Source: a virus
Taxonomy: Duplodnaviria; Caudoviricetes
Length of the DNA: 24,411 nucleotides
Virus record (IMG/VR): IMGVR_UViG_3300044580_000017
Location: 1-24,411 of that record
Strand: one strand, 5' to 3'
Part shown: positions 1-9,424 of the stretch, one piece after another
How positions within the stretch are numbered: position 1 is the stretch's first letter
Layout of the letters: every line of letters begins with the position of its first letter
The notes under the pieces: model-generated
What the model saw: the letters and a program-made list of their open reading frames with translations, nothing else
What the model was told of the DNA's origin: nothing
Database searches by the model: none
Position numbers and translations under genes: made by a program

Positions 1-208
1 CCTGCGCCCCGCCGTAGACGGCGAGGACAGCGGTCTGGATGTCCCCGGCGAACGCTCCGGCCTGCCATGCACCAACAGCGCCGACGCCTCCGGCAATGAC
101 GAACATCAGCACGGCCTTGAGCGTCGATGACCACTGCGTCGTCGCTACGAGACCGACGATGATTGGAGCGAGAAGGCCGACGAGCGAGACGATTGCGGTG
201 CTGTCCAT
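1..208 (-). CDS. Holin-like membrane protein (3' end runs off the window)
   Basis: Not in the ORF track. ATG at 208 with AAGGAGG SD at 215-221. Translates as MDSTAIVSLVGLLAPIIVGLVATTQWSSTLKAVLMFVIAGGVGAVGAWQAGAFAGDIQTAVLAVYGGAQ..., with 2-3 hydrophobic helices, directly downstream of the endolysin. Confidence 0.8.
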   Translation of the reverse strand, partial: MDSTAIVSLVGLLAPIIVGLVATTQWSSTLKAVLMFVIAGGVGAVGAWQAGAFAGDIQTAVLAVYGGAQ

Positions 209-228
209 CTAGTGCCTCCTTCGATTGG

Positions 229-891
229 CTACCACGTCTTCCATGAGTCCTTCGGCGTCGGCGTCACCTTGATGAAATCGTCGTTCTTCTGCGCGAGCGC
301 CTTGTATGACGCCACTTCAGGCCCAGACGTGTGTATGCGTATCTCATAGTACGTCACGGCAGATGTCGGGGATGCCGTGAGCGCGGTCATGCGCTTCTGG
401 ATGTCTGCCTTGAAACTCGTCCAGTGCGGGAGGATCACCCGAGGGCAGAGCTTGCCGGACCAATACTTATGTGTGACGACGTTCGCCAGTTTCACTCCTG
501 CGCCGTTCAGGTTCCAGCCCTTCGGAGCCTTGCCAGTGAGCATCTCGGCGATGAGCTGCGCGGCGTTCGCCTCTGCCGCTTTCTGCCGCGCAGCGTCGGA
601 GAACTCGCAGACCTCGATGCCGACGCTCGTCGTGTTCCCGGCTGTCGTCCCGGCGTGCCATGCCTGTTCGGTGAGCGGGATGTGCATGATGGCGTGCTTG
701 TCGTCCACGGTGATGTGCCACGATGCAGAACGCGGAGCCGAGTTCAGATACGCCTCGTGATTCATGGCGGTCGCATTGGGGTTGGCCGTGTTGTGGACCG
801 TGACCGACTTCGGGGACATCTTGTATCCAGGTCGGTTACGGTATGTCTCCGGCATCGGAGAGTAGCGATAGGTGAACCCCATCTTCCTCAC
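229..891 (-). CDS. Endolysin, N-acetylmuramoyl-L-alanine amidase (Amidase_2, XlyA/CwlA-like)
   Basis: Motifs VTVHNTAN, ASWHITVDD, AWHAG, GNTTSVGIEVCE and VVTHKYWSGKLCP supply the His/His/Cys Zn ligands. Short C-terminal extension. Start is GTG 891 or ATG 882. Confidence 0.93.
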   Translation of the reverse strand: MRKMGFTYRYSPMPETYRNRPGYKMSPKSVTVHNTANPNATAMNHEAYLNSAPRSASWHITVDDKHAIMHIPLTEQAWHAGTTAGNTTSVGIEVCEFSDAARQKAAEANAAQLIAEMLTGKAPKGWNLNGAGVKLANVVTHKYWSGKLCPRVILPHWTSFKADIQKRMTALTASPTSAVTYYEIRIHTSGPEVASYKALAQKNDDFIKVTPTPKDSWKTW

Positions 892-1211
892 AGCTCCTTC
901 TGGCTACGAGCTATCCTGAATGACGAGTAGAACCCGGTCACAGCCACAGCCATCAGCACCATGACGACGAGCCAGACGACCCCGTCGATGGCTTGCCATC
1001 GTTCTCCGGTGGTGTTCGCGTAGAACCGTGCGAACGAGAGCAGCACGAAGTGGACCGACTGCATGCACATCATCGCCGCAATCCACATGACCATCGGTCG
1101 CATCGGACGATCAGCGTAGTGGTTCTTCCAAACGTCCGTGCCGAGGCTGACCGCGACCAATCCGAACAGTGTCGCCATGAACAGGTAGAGGAACACGACA
1201 GTCATCAGCAA
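888..1211 (-). CDS. Membrane protein with about 3 TM helices (lysis cassette)
   Basis: Three hydrophobic stretches and a basic C-terminus. Stop overlaps the endolysin GTG (GTGA). Start may be ATG 1205 (TGATG coupling). Confidence 0.7.
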   Translation of the reverse strand: MLMTVVFLYLFMATLFGLVAVSLGTDVWKNHYADRPMRPMVMWIAAMMCMQSVHFVLLSFARFYANTTGERWQAIDGVVWLVVMVLMAVAVTGFYSSFRIARSQKEL

Positions 1212-1393
1212 TGTCCTTCTATCTGACGCACGAACTTGTCCACTGAGAGCGACAGGTCTGCAACGTCACGTAGGACGTGGTCGATGTTCACGTTGATGTT
1301 GTGCGCCTGATGCCTTCGCTTCACCGAGATCACGAAGTTCACGAACGCCGCCGTCAGCACCGCCGATGAGGCCACGGCAAGGAACTCAAACAT
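1205..1393 (-). CDS. Small single-TM protein (lysis cassette)
   Basis: N-terminal hydrophobic helix followed by KRRH and an amphipathic tail. Overlaps both neighbours. Confidence 0.6.
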   Translation of the reverse strand: MFEFLAVASSAVLTAAFVNFVISVKRRHQAHNINVNIDHVLRDVADLSLSVDKFVRQIEGHC

Positions 1394-1613
1394 CGCTTAT
1401 CCCACCCTTGCCGTTCACGACCACCAAGAGCGTGTGAACGTCTGAGACGAGCGACTGCACGGCTTTGGCGAGTTCCTTGTTGCGCTCGACCTCTGCGTCG
1501 TACACATGGTTCGGGACTGTGTTCTTATACATCACGCCGATGACGATGGCGAGGCCGGTGACGATTCCCCAGGGAAGTCCGTACTGCGTGGCGATGGTGA
1601 GTGGGTCAGGCAT
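1386..1613 (-). CDS. Small TM plus coiled-coil protein, holin/haemolysin-like
   Basis: TQYGLPWGIVTGLAIVIGVMY TM segment, then an E/K-rich helix. TGATG coupling with the Tal stop. Typical first gene of a lysis cassette. Confidence 0.7.
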   Translation of the reverse strand: MPDPLTIATQYGLPWGIVTGLAIVIGVMYKNTVPNHVYDAEVERNKELAKAVQSLVSDVHTLLVVVNGKGGISDV

Positions 1614-2797
1614 CAGATGTTCAGCTTCCGCTGGAGGCGCACCAAGTCCTTCATGTAGTCAGACACCCGCCGCATCGGCATCCCGAGCGTCACGCTGTCC
1701 TTCGTCGGGTCTGAATAAGACCGCCGTACCTCAATCACTCTGACCTCATCCTGGTACGGAGGATAGCAGGCTGTGTCCCGAACGACCACCGTGTCACCGA
1801 CACGCAGGCGTTCCCATCGGCGCGGCGAGTCGGTCGGGCGTTGCAGCGGCATCCGTTCTAGCGCGACTACCGACACGTCATAAGTGTAGCGCGGCTTTGA
1901 GTGCTCGACGAGGTAGGCATAGGTCTTGTCCAGCAGATGCGCTGCGTTGTCCTCCTCGCTGTCGCGGAACACGCCGAAACGGTGCTTGATGACGCCGCCG
2001 CCTACGTCTATCCCATAACGCTCGATGCTCGGCGTCACAGAGTCGTCACCGAGCCGCGCGGATTCCAGCCCGACCCAGAGCTGGCCGTTCGGCTTGTCTA
2101 CCGGGTCGCCCGGCGTGCTCCACACGATGGACCCGAAGTCTATCGGTGCGCCCTCGCTGTCGGCACCGAGTCCGTAGACAGCGGTGAATATCTCGCCGCC
2201 GTCGCCTGAGCGCGTGACAGCAGCCGTGTCGCGTGCGTAGTTCAGCACTTGACCGCTGTACGTGCCACGGGTCCTCACGAGGTCGATGTACCTCTCGGCG
2301 ATCTCTGTGCCGGAGAGCATGACGCGCGTCTGGACTTCGAGGTTGTAGTGCTCGGCTATCCAGAGCACGCACTCCCAGACGTTCGGATAGTCTGACCACT
2401 CAACGTCTGTCGTGACGGTCTTGTCGCCCTCGGTCGTACCGACCTGCCAGCGCGTCCCGGCGAGCACCTCGGCCAGCAGCGACTCGTCCGTCTCTGCGGA
2501 GAGCATCACCGGCTCGACGATGGTGCAGGTCAGCTCGTCTTGGGCTGCGTCCTCGCACTCGACGCGCTTGTAGAGACCGTCAGGCGATGACTCCTCAGAG
2601 ACGCTCTTGATTGTGAAGCACTTGGTGTCCCCGTCGAGGCCGGGGAACACGACCGTTCCCTTCGGCACGGCGAACGCCGCGCTCGGATGATTGCTCGGGA
2701 TGCTGAACTCGTAGGTGTGGAAGAACGTGCCGTATCCTTCCACCCGCTCGGTGTGGATGTCGTCGAAGAACGGCGCTGCGGCGAGAGAGAGCGTCAT
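1613..2797 (-). CDS. Baseplate hub / Tal (phage minor structural protein, Prophage_tail endopeptidase-like)
   Basis: Family-like motifs PFFDDIHTE, LAGTRWQVG, RYIDL..RG, TAVYGLG, VDKPNGQLWV, PRYTYDVSV, LRVGDTVVVRD and RVIEVRRS. ATGA overlap with the upstream gene. Confidence 0.85.
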   Translation of the reverse strand: MTLSLAAAPFFDDIHTERVEGYGTFFHTYEFSIPSNHPSAAFAVPKGTVVFPGLDGDTKCFTIKSVSEESSPDGLYKRVECEDAAQDELTCTIVEPVMLSAETDESLLAEVLAGTRWQVGTTEGDKTVTTDVEWSDYPNVWECVLWIAEHYNLEVQTRVMLSGTEIAERYIDLVRTRGTYSGQVLNYARDTAAVTRSGDGGEIFTAVYGLGADSEGAPIDFGSIVWSTPGDPVDKPNGQLWVGLESARLGDDSVTPSIERYGIDVGGGVIKHRFGVFRDSEEDNAAHLLDKTYAYLVEHSKPRYTYDVSVVALERMPLQRPTDSPRRWERLRVGDTVVVRDTACYPPYQDEVRVIEVRRSYSDPTKDSVTLGMPMRRVSDYMKDLVRLQRKLNI

Positions 2798-3699
2798 TGT
2801 GCGTTCCTGAACACGCGTCTGTTGCCAGTCAAGTCAGCGAGCCAGATGTGCTTCACCTTAGATGGCATTATCCGCTCGGGCGGCTTGATGAACAGACACT
2901 CAATCATCAAGCCGAGCGCCGTGACGATGCGCGTGTCTGCTGCTGGATGCCAGATGTCTGCCATGACGCCAAGAGCAGTGGCGCGTCGCTCCGTAGACGT
3001 TTCTGGGACTGTCTCGGCCTTGACGCCGACCGCAGTAGCCCGAAGCGTGTCGTCTGGTATGTACGTACCGCCGTCGAGCATATGGATGAGCCATGCCTGC
3101 TTCGCAGACTGCGCGCTGCTGAGAGTGGCATCGACATTGCCGGTCGCTCCCTTATGCTTGTAGCTCGTGCTATGCGCGAAGCAGACGCCGTATCGCGAAG
3201 TGCTGCTGGCTCCGTCGTAGTCCTCTGTCCATCCGGTCGGGAACGTCACCGTCGAAGGAATGGCGGCATAGTTCGCACCGGCGAACAGGACGTAGCCGTT
3301 CTCTGGCAGCGTTATCGAACCGGCACGTAGTATCGTGTCGCTCGTCTGGTACGTCGTCTCCGAGTATGTGCCGAGCGGTGGCGATTCCCACGCATCGTCC
3401 GTCCCGTACGTGACGATGACGCCTGCTGTCCTCGCTGATGCGGCCCATACCCACTGATAACTCGCCCCCTCGCTCGCGCCAGCCACCTTGTAGTAGATGG
3501 CCATGTAGTATGAGGAGAGCGTCTCGTCTGCTCGGAACAGCGTCCAATCCGTTGGTACCGTGCTTGGCGCGGTGTTGGCAGAACGGCCGATGAAGGCGAC
3601 CATCAGGTCTCCCTCGGCGGTGTCCGTGGGCTTGTTGACCGTTATGGACGTGGCACCAGACGAGTTCGCCGACGCGCTGTTGACCTTCGTTACGGCCAT
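2794..3699 (-). CDS. Minor tail / putative receptor-binding beta-sandwich protein
   Basis: N-terminal ITVNKPTDTAEGDLMVAFI...PTDWT...YYKVAGASEGASY pattern typical of Ser/Thr-rich virion proteins, repeated in degenerate form (PTGWT). C-terminal threefold R(A/V)TA(V/L)G(V/L) repeat. GGGAG SD. Confidence 0.6.
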   Translation of the reverse strand: MAVTKVNSASANSSGATSITVNKPTDTAEGDLMVAFIGRSANTAPSTVPTDWTLFRADETLSSYYMAIYYKVAGASEGASYQWVWAASARTAGVIVTYGTDDAWESPPLGTYSETTYQTSDTILRAGSITLPENGYVLFAGANYAAIPSTVTFPTGWTEDYDGASSTSRYGVCFAHSTSYKHKGATGNVDATLSSAQSAKQAWLIHMLDGGTYIPDDTLRATAVGVKAETVPETSTERRATALGVMADIWHPAADTRIVTALGLMIECLFIKPPERIMPSKVKHIWLADLTGNRRVFRNAQ

Positions 3700-3708
3700 A
3701 CCGCTCCC

Positions 3709-4734
3709 CTATTCGCAGACAGGAATCGTGCTCCTGAGAAGCACCTTCACGGCGTCGAGTTCGTCCACCGTCCATGCTTGGCTGGTTGCAGGGTTGACGG
3801 TATGGACATCTCCGATGATGCGCTTGGTGTAGCTCGTGAGCGGCTCAAGGTCGTCCGAGTAGTCGGTCGTCGCGCCGCTCGTCACGCCGAGCTGCACCGT
3901 CGCCAACGAGTCCGCATCGACGCGACGCACGCGGGCTTCCGGCCATACGCGCAAGATGACCGGCACGTCGTCGAACGCAGTGTCGGCGACATCGAACTCC
4001 TCGACCTTCGCGTCGGTCGATGTATAGAGGTAGGTCGTGTCACCATCTGCTGGCACGTCGTCCACGAGCGCATAGTGGTCGCTCCCGGTCGAGCACGTCC
4101 ATTCGTTCGGCGAGCCGTCGGCTGACGCTGGCAGGTAGATGACGCCGCCGAGTCCTGGCCACGAGTTGTCAGTCGAGCCAGCGGTGTCGTTCACGGCTAT
4201 GTCGTCGATATAGCCGTGATTCTGCAAGTACCCCATGAAACGGAACGTCCTGATGTCGGCGCTTCCTGCGGTACCCCGCGTGTCGCCTGTGTAGTCGATG
4301 TCGAGTGACGGCCCTCCGTCGATGCGGAGCTGGAACACACCGGTTGTGTCATTGATGATGACCCGTGCCTCGAACACGTACCAAGTGTTCGTCTGGAGCG
4401 CCGTGCTTCCATTGGCGAGGAACTCGTCAGCATATCGCTCAAGGCGCAGACCGCTTCCTGAAGCGTTGAGTGTGAGGTGTAGATTGCCACTGCCAGAGTA
4501 GACTCGTAACAACTCCTGGGTGCTGCCGAAGTCTGTGATGTAGGCCGCGAACCTGATGTACGCCTCGGTCACAGTCTGCGGAAGCGGCACATTGAGATGG
4601 CTGTCACTAGCATCAGGGCAGTAGGCTGCGTAGTTCCCAGTCCGCTTCTGTGCCGATGATACGACGCAGTTCGCCCCGCCAGACATCCCTACCAAGTCGC
4701 CCATCTCGAAGCCTTCAGTCAGGATGCGTGTCAT
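3709..4734 (-). CDS. Minor tail protein with ConA/LamG-like lectin fold
   Basis: EGFEMGD..., NTWYVFEARV, QLRIDG, YIDDIAVND and NPATSQAWT motifs of beta-sandwich virion proteins. GGAGAGGT SD lies inside the end of dit. Confidence 0.6.
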   Translation of the reverse strand: MTRILTEGFEMGDLVGMSGGANCVVSSAQKRTGNYAAYCPDASDSHLNVPLPQTVTEAYIRFAAYITDFGSTQELLRVYSGSGNLHLTLNASGSGLRLERYADEFLANGSTALQTNTWYVFEARVIINDTTGVFQLRIDGGPSLDIDYTGDTRGTAGSADIRTFRFMGYLQNHGYIDDIAVNDTAGSTDNSWPGLGGVIYLPASADGSPNEWTCSTGSDHYALVDDVPADGDTTYLYTSTDAKVEEFDVADTAFDDVPVILRVWPEARVRRVDADSLATVQLGVTSGATTDYSDDLEPLTSYTKRIIGDVHTVNPATSQAWTVDELDAVKVLLRSTIPVCE

Positions 4735-6300
4735 CTAGAGCCACCTCTCCGTGAACGTCACGGTGCCAGTCGCGCCGACCCCGTAGTCCGCTGCCACGTT
4801 GACGTTGCTCGTGCCCGTCGGCAGCGAGAAGAACGTCGAGGCATAGTCCACGATGGCGTTCATAGGCACCATGCCGCCATTGTCAGCCGGGATGCGCGAG
4901 GACTCGGAGTCATTGAGCGTCACGACGCCCTGCCGCATGTCGATGGCGATGGTGTCGCCACCAACCGCGATGACGGTTGTCGCACTCACGCCGCCAGTCC
5001 CGGTCACGTCGTAGACCTTCACCGATTTGACGCCCATGTGGGACTCAAGAAAGGCGTCGTACTGCTTCATGCCGATCGCTACCTTCGCCAAGTCGGCGTC
5101 GTAGAGCGAACCCGAGTCCGCCCATGTGCCCTGACCGCCATCGGGGAACCAACCCCCGTCGCCATCAATCTTCCATGACCAGAGGTCACCTACCCGCGAG
5201 ATACGCATCGTCCACCAGATTCCCCCTCGACCCGGCTGCTCAACCACGGTGCGCTTGTTGTAGACCGTCGTGGTGTCGCCGGGAGTGTTCGGATTGCCGA
5301 GGATGACTTGCGCCTGCTCCCACGCGCCGGTCGCCCATAGGTCGGCGAGCCGCATCGTGCCGATGATGCCCGGTGTGCTCTCGCCGTCCACAAGGTATAA
5401 GTCGAACATGCCCATCGTCTGCTTGATGACGCTAAGATCATCGAACGAGTCTCCCTGACAATCGAACAGGAACTCGACCTCGACTTGGAAGTCCGTTATC
5501 GGCGTCGTGAGCGCGTGGTAGATACACGGCCCGTGCCAGTGCAGCGGAGAGACGGCTTCTCCGAAATCCGCCGCCGTGTATCCTTCGTCTAAAGTGGCCT
5601 CCATCTCCATCGGGTTCGTGGGATCGGTCGGAAGTTTCGTCGTGTGGTCTGGCGGTCCGATGGTCGTGTGCGTCCACTCCATCGTCTCGCCGCTCATGGT
5701 CTCGTCAAGCTCCAGTGACATCGGCTCTGCTGGCGTCCCTACGCCGTCATACGGCTCGCCTATACGCACGAACTCTCCTGTCACATCGTTCGAGACCTGC
5801 AAGAAGGTCGTGGAGCCGTCGAGCGTGACCTCGATGACGGGGAACGTGTCCATGCCTCCGCCGTTCGTCACTTCGGTCGCGCCAACGGCGGTGATTGCTA
5901 CCTCTGTCTCGGTGTCTGAATACGCGAACGGGTCTGAGCACGCGAACACCAGCGTGCCCATTCTGAACGTCCCGATGGCTTCCAAATCTGTCGAGCCGTC
6001 GAGCTGCGCATAGTAGATGAGGTCCGGCTCGTCATCGAAGACGAGTTCCAGCGGCGTCGGCGACCAGAGTGCCTGAGCGAGCGTGTGCGTGTCTGCCGCC
6101 GCGTCCGCGAGGCTCGTGCCAGAGAAGTTCACGTCAATCTCGATGATGCGCTCGCCGACGGTCGTCGTCATCATGTACGAGCCGTGCATTCCTGCGGCTT
6201 CTTGGGTGACGCGCCTAATCTCTGGCATGATTGAACGGCGGATGTCAGTCACGCCGAGGCCGAGCGATGCAGCCGTCTGGTTGTTGAAGGTGAACGACAT
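4735..6300 (-). CDS. Distal tail protein (Dit), evolved type with a large inserted domain
   Basis: Directly after tape measure. N-terminal MSFTFN...ELVFDDEPDLIYYA...GTLVFACSDPFAYS and NGGGMDTFPVIEV. C-terminal STFFSLPTG...FTERWL. Confidence 0.9.
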   Translation of the reverse strand: MSFTFNNQTAASLGLGVTDIRRSIMPEIRRVTQEAAGMHGSYMMTTTVGERIIEIDVNFSGTSLADAAADTHTLAQALWSPTPLELVFDDEPDLIYYAQLDGSTDLEAIGTFRMGTLVFACSDPFAYSDTETEVAITAVGATEVTNGGGMDTFPVIEVTLDGSTTFLQVSNDVTGEFVRIGEPYDGVGTPAEPMSLELDETMSGETMEWTHTTIGPPDHTTKLPTDPTNPMEMEATLDEGYTAADFGEAVSPLHWHGPCIYHALTTPITDFQVEVEFLFDCQGDSFDDLSVIKQTMGMFDLYLVDGESTPGIIGTMRLADLWATGAWEQAQVILGNPNTPGDTTTVYNKRTVVEQPGRGGIWWTMRISRVGDLWSWKIDGDGGWFPDGGQGTWADSGSLYDADLAKVAIGMKQYDAFLESHMGVKSVKVYDVTGTGGVSATTVIAVGGDTIAIDMRQGVVTLNDSESSRIPADNGGMVPMNAIVDYASTFFSLPTGTSNVNVAADYGVGATGTVTFTERWL

Positions 6301-6301
6301 C

Positions 6302-9300
6302 CTAGACCACCACTCCTGCCGCCCTGAGTTCCCTGTTTATGACCTTCGAGAGCCGCTGCGCGAACTGCTCTGGAGTCATGTTGCTGCCGATGGTCACGCC
6401 GCCGAAGTTGATGGTCACGTTCGCTCCGGCCTTTCTCGCCGCGCTGTACGTGTCGCTCGTGATCTCGGCTCTGGCTTTCCTGATGCGTGGAGCCTCCGTG
6501 ATGTTGGCTATGTCGAGTCCGATGTCTGCTCTGGCGCTGAGGAGCCGCTGGATGCGGCTTATGTTCATCCGTGCCATTCCGATAACGTCGTCGATGGACG
6601 CAGGCAGCACGAAGTCCTCGAACACGCTTCTAGGCAGTCCCTCGCGCAGTTTGAGCAGGGAGTCGCGGTATTTCTCCAGCTTCCGCACCTGCGAGCGAAG
6701 CGCGGACGAGATGCCGCGAGTGCCGCGTCGTGACACTTTCTCGCCCATCGTCCCAGCAGCACCAGCGGCCTCGACAGCGGCCTGCTTGAAACTCTCAGCA
6801 AGCTCTTTCACCTTGTCGATGGCACCCTCAAGGGCCTGGGTGAGCTTCTCGATGGCTGCTGTGACCTTGTTCGTCGCGCCGCCAGCGCCGCCTCCGCCTA
6901 CAGCGCCTACTGTCCCTACCTTCGGTATCGGCGGTGGCGTGTACGTCCCGAGCGCGATGAGGGCATCGTACTTCGCCTGGAGTTCTCTCGTCGTGGCCTT
7001 CGCACGCAATGCCATGTTCTCGTATCTGATAGCGTTCGCCGATTGTGCTGCCGCGTTCGCAGCAGCCTGCGCGAGACGATTGAAACGGTCGATGCTCGTA
7101 GCGATAGCCGCTTGCAGGCCGGACTGTGCCGCTGCCATCGCGTTCGCGCCCTGGATGGCGACGTTCGCAGCCCATATCGCGACCTGACCCTCAAGCTGCT
7201 CCCCGGTGGTCGTCTCATAGACCTTCGACGCATAAGCGGCAAGTGCTGTCACTGCGCTCTCTCGCGCCACCTTTAGCTGCGCGGCTGCCGTCCGCGTGGC
7301 GATAGAGGCAGCACCAGTCTCTTTGAGAGCTGCTGCATACGCACCTTCGGCATCGGCGATGGCTTGCAGGGCCTTGAGGGCATCGAGATTCAGCTGGTTG
7401 GCTGAGATTTCATTGGACTTCGCTACCAAGTCGTCTGCACTCGTCTTGAACGCGGTGTCCAGATCAGCGAGCGATGCCTCAAGCTCCTTGCTCATCGACC
7501 CGAGACCACCGAGCGATTCCTCGGCAATCTTCGCAGCAACGTCGTGCTTCACATAGGCTTCGCCCATCTGCTCGACTGCGGCTGACAGGTCTTCCCATGA
7601 CACAATCCCTGACTCTACTGCCTTTGTGATGTCTTCGACCGAGGCTTGGTCGAATATCAGGGCCTTCGCCTGCTCCAGACCGGACAGGTCGAAGTTGCCC
7701 TCCATCTGCCAGTCCTTCGGGAACAGGTCAGACAGCCAGTTCCCGTGCTTCATCCAGTAGTCGAACCCGACGAGTGCCGCCAGTAGGCTGCCGAGGCTCA
7801 CAGTGAGGGCACCGATGACCGGGATGGTCCCGAGCGTGGCCACCTTGATGCCGAGGATTCCCTTTGCGAACGCCACGACCTTCGTGCCGATGGCACCGAG
7901 CGTCGCGCCGAAACCGAGGATTGAGATGCTCCCTACCGTGAACCCCTGTGCGGCCAGATTGATTCCTGTCGCCACGTTAGCGAGAGACCCGACGAACCCG
8001 ACTGCCGATGCGGTCGCATATGCGACCTTCAGCTCGCTGAGTACCGTGATGAGTTCGCGGATGCGTGTGATTACGATTAGGACGCCACCAGCGGCCAGCA
8101 GCGGATGTTTGGCAGCGAACTTCCACGCGTTCGTCCAGTTGCCAGCCAGAAGGGCTATGACGCCGTTCAGTGCGTCAAGAACGTACTTCCCGAAGAACCT
8201 GATGATTGGCACGAGTCCGTTCGCGATGAGATTGTAGACGTTCCGCAGCGCCTTTCCGAGGTCGTTCGCGCCTGTGACGGTATCGACGAAGAACCTGCCG
8301 ATCTTTGGGAGAGCATCGCTCATGCGCTCCACAATCTCTTTCAGCGGAGGCAGCAGGTACTCTCCAACCGCCCGTGCGGCCAGCGTCACCCTGTCCTTCA
8401 GGTTCGACCACTGGCCGAGAAGGGTGTCCATCTGGGCTGACATCATGCCGCCAAAGTCCTTCTGCATACCAGCCCTGATAGTACGTATGGCGATGTCAGC
8501 CGGGACGAGACCTTGCTCTGTCATCTGGCGGACTTGGTCTGTGGTCGTGTCGAGCGCCTCGGCCACGTAGTCCCATGCCGGGATGAGCGCCTCGGTGAGC
8601 TGGAGCATGTCTCTGGAGTTCATCCGTCCAGCAGAACGCATCTGTCCTAATGCGAGCGTGATGCGGTTGATCCCCTCCTGTCCGGTGCCGAGACCGGCTG
8701 CCGCATCACCAACGTCCCTGAGAACGGGTATGACATCCTTTGCAGCGAAGCCGTACGCCCGCAGCCGAAGTGCCTGCTGCTCCGTGTCCACAAGCTCGAA
8801 CGGCGTCCGTGATGCGAACGACGCCAGGTCCTTGAGCATCGTCGATGCGCGTTCGGCACCGCCATAGAGCTTGTTGAACCCGATGGTTATCTGCTCGAAA
8901 CCCGCCGCTTGTTGCACCGTATAGGCGATTGCGTCACCGACGCCGGTTATGGACGCTTTGAGAGCCATGATGCCAACGAAGACGGCAGACGCCTTCGTGA
9001 GCGTCCGCATGAGCGTGGAGACTGATGTCTCAGAATGTCCCGCTTGCTTGCCGATGTCCTCGAACCCGCGACTCAGCTCTGTGGCTGGTTTGTTGGCGGT
9101 CTTCAGCCCAGATGCCATCCGCGCACTCGACTGCTGCACTGTCTTGGACGCTGTTGCTGACGACTTGCCGAGACGGTCGTAGTCCTGGTTCAGTTTCTTG
9201 ACGGCCTGGTCGTTGCGGTTGATAGCTTGCGTGCTGACCGTCATACCGGAAACGGTCTGCTGAGACGTAGCAGTTACAGCCTGCCCTGTCTGTTGGAGTG

Positions 9301-9421
9301 CCAGGCGTGCAGTGTATGTCGGCTTCGTGAAGGCGTCGAGCTGGCGCTTCGCGGCACGCAGCTTGTTGTCGAAAGCATCAGTCTTCAGATTGAGCCGTGC
9401 GGTTACTTCGCCTGCCTCCAT
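6302..9421 (-). CDS. Tape measure protein
   Basis: 1039 aa, Ala-rich and helical. Tape-measure N-terminal motifs FASRTPFEL, LRDVGDAAAG, INRITLALGQM, FGGMM and GQWSNLKD. Located after the chaperone genes. Confidence 0.95.
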   Translation of the reverse strand: MEAGEVTARLNLKTDAFDNKLRAAKRQLDAFTKPTYTARLALQQTGQAVTATSQQTVSGMTVSTQAINRNDQAVKKLNQDYDRLGKSSATASKTVQQSSARMASGLKTANKPATELSRGFEDIGKQAGHSETSVSTLMRTLTKASAVFVGIMALKASITGVGDAIAYTVQQAAGFEQITIGFNKLYGGAERASTMLKDLASFASRTPFELVDTEQQALRLRAYGFAAKDVIPVLRDVGDAAAGLGTGQEGINRITLALGQMRSAGRMNSRDMLQLTEALIPAWDYVAEALDTTTDQVRQMTEQGLVPADIAIRTIRAGMQKDFGGMMSAQMDTLLGQWSNLKDRVTLAARAVGEYLLPPLKEIVERMSDALPKIGRFFVDTVTGANDLGKALRNVYNLIANGLVPIIRFFGKYVLDALNGVIALLAGNWTNAWKFAAKHPLLAAGGVLIVITRIRELITVLSELKVAYATASAVGFVGSLANVATGINLAAQGFTVGSISILGFGATLGAIGTKVVAFAKGILGIKVATLGTIPVIGALTVSLGSLLAALVGFDYWMKHGNWLSDLFPKDWQMEGNFDLSGLEQAKALIFDQASVEDITKAVESGIVSWEDLSAAVEQMGEAYVKHDVAAKIAEESLGGLGSMSKELEASLADLDTAFKTSADDLVAKSNEISANQLNLDALKALQAIADAEGAYAAALKETGAASIATRTAAAQLKVARESAVTALAAYASKVYETTTGEQLEGQVAIWAANVAIQGANAMAAAQSGLQAAIATSIDRFNRLAQAAANAAAQSANAIRYENMALRAKATTRELQAKYDALIALGTYTPPPIPKVGTVGAVGGGGAGGATNKVTAAIEKLTQALEGAIDKVKELAESFKQAAVEAAGAAGTMGEKVSRRGTRGISSALRSQVRKLEKYRDSLLKLREGLPRSVFEDFVLPASIDDVIGMARMNISRIQRLLSARADIGLDIANITEAPRIRKARAEITSDTYSAARKAGANVTINFGGVTIGSNMTPEQFAQRLSKVINRELRAAGVVV

Positions 9422-9424
9422 CTG

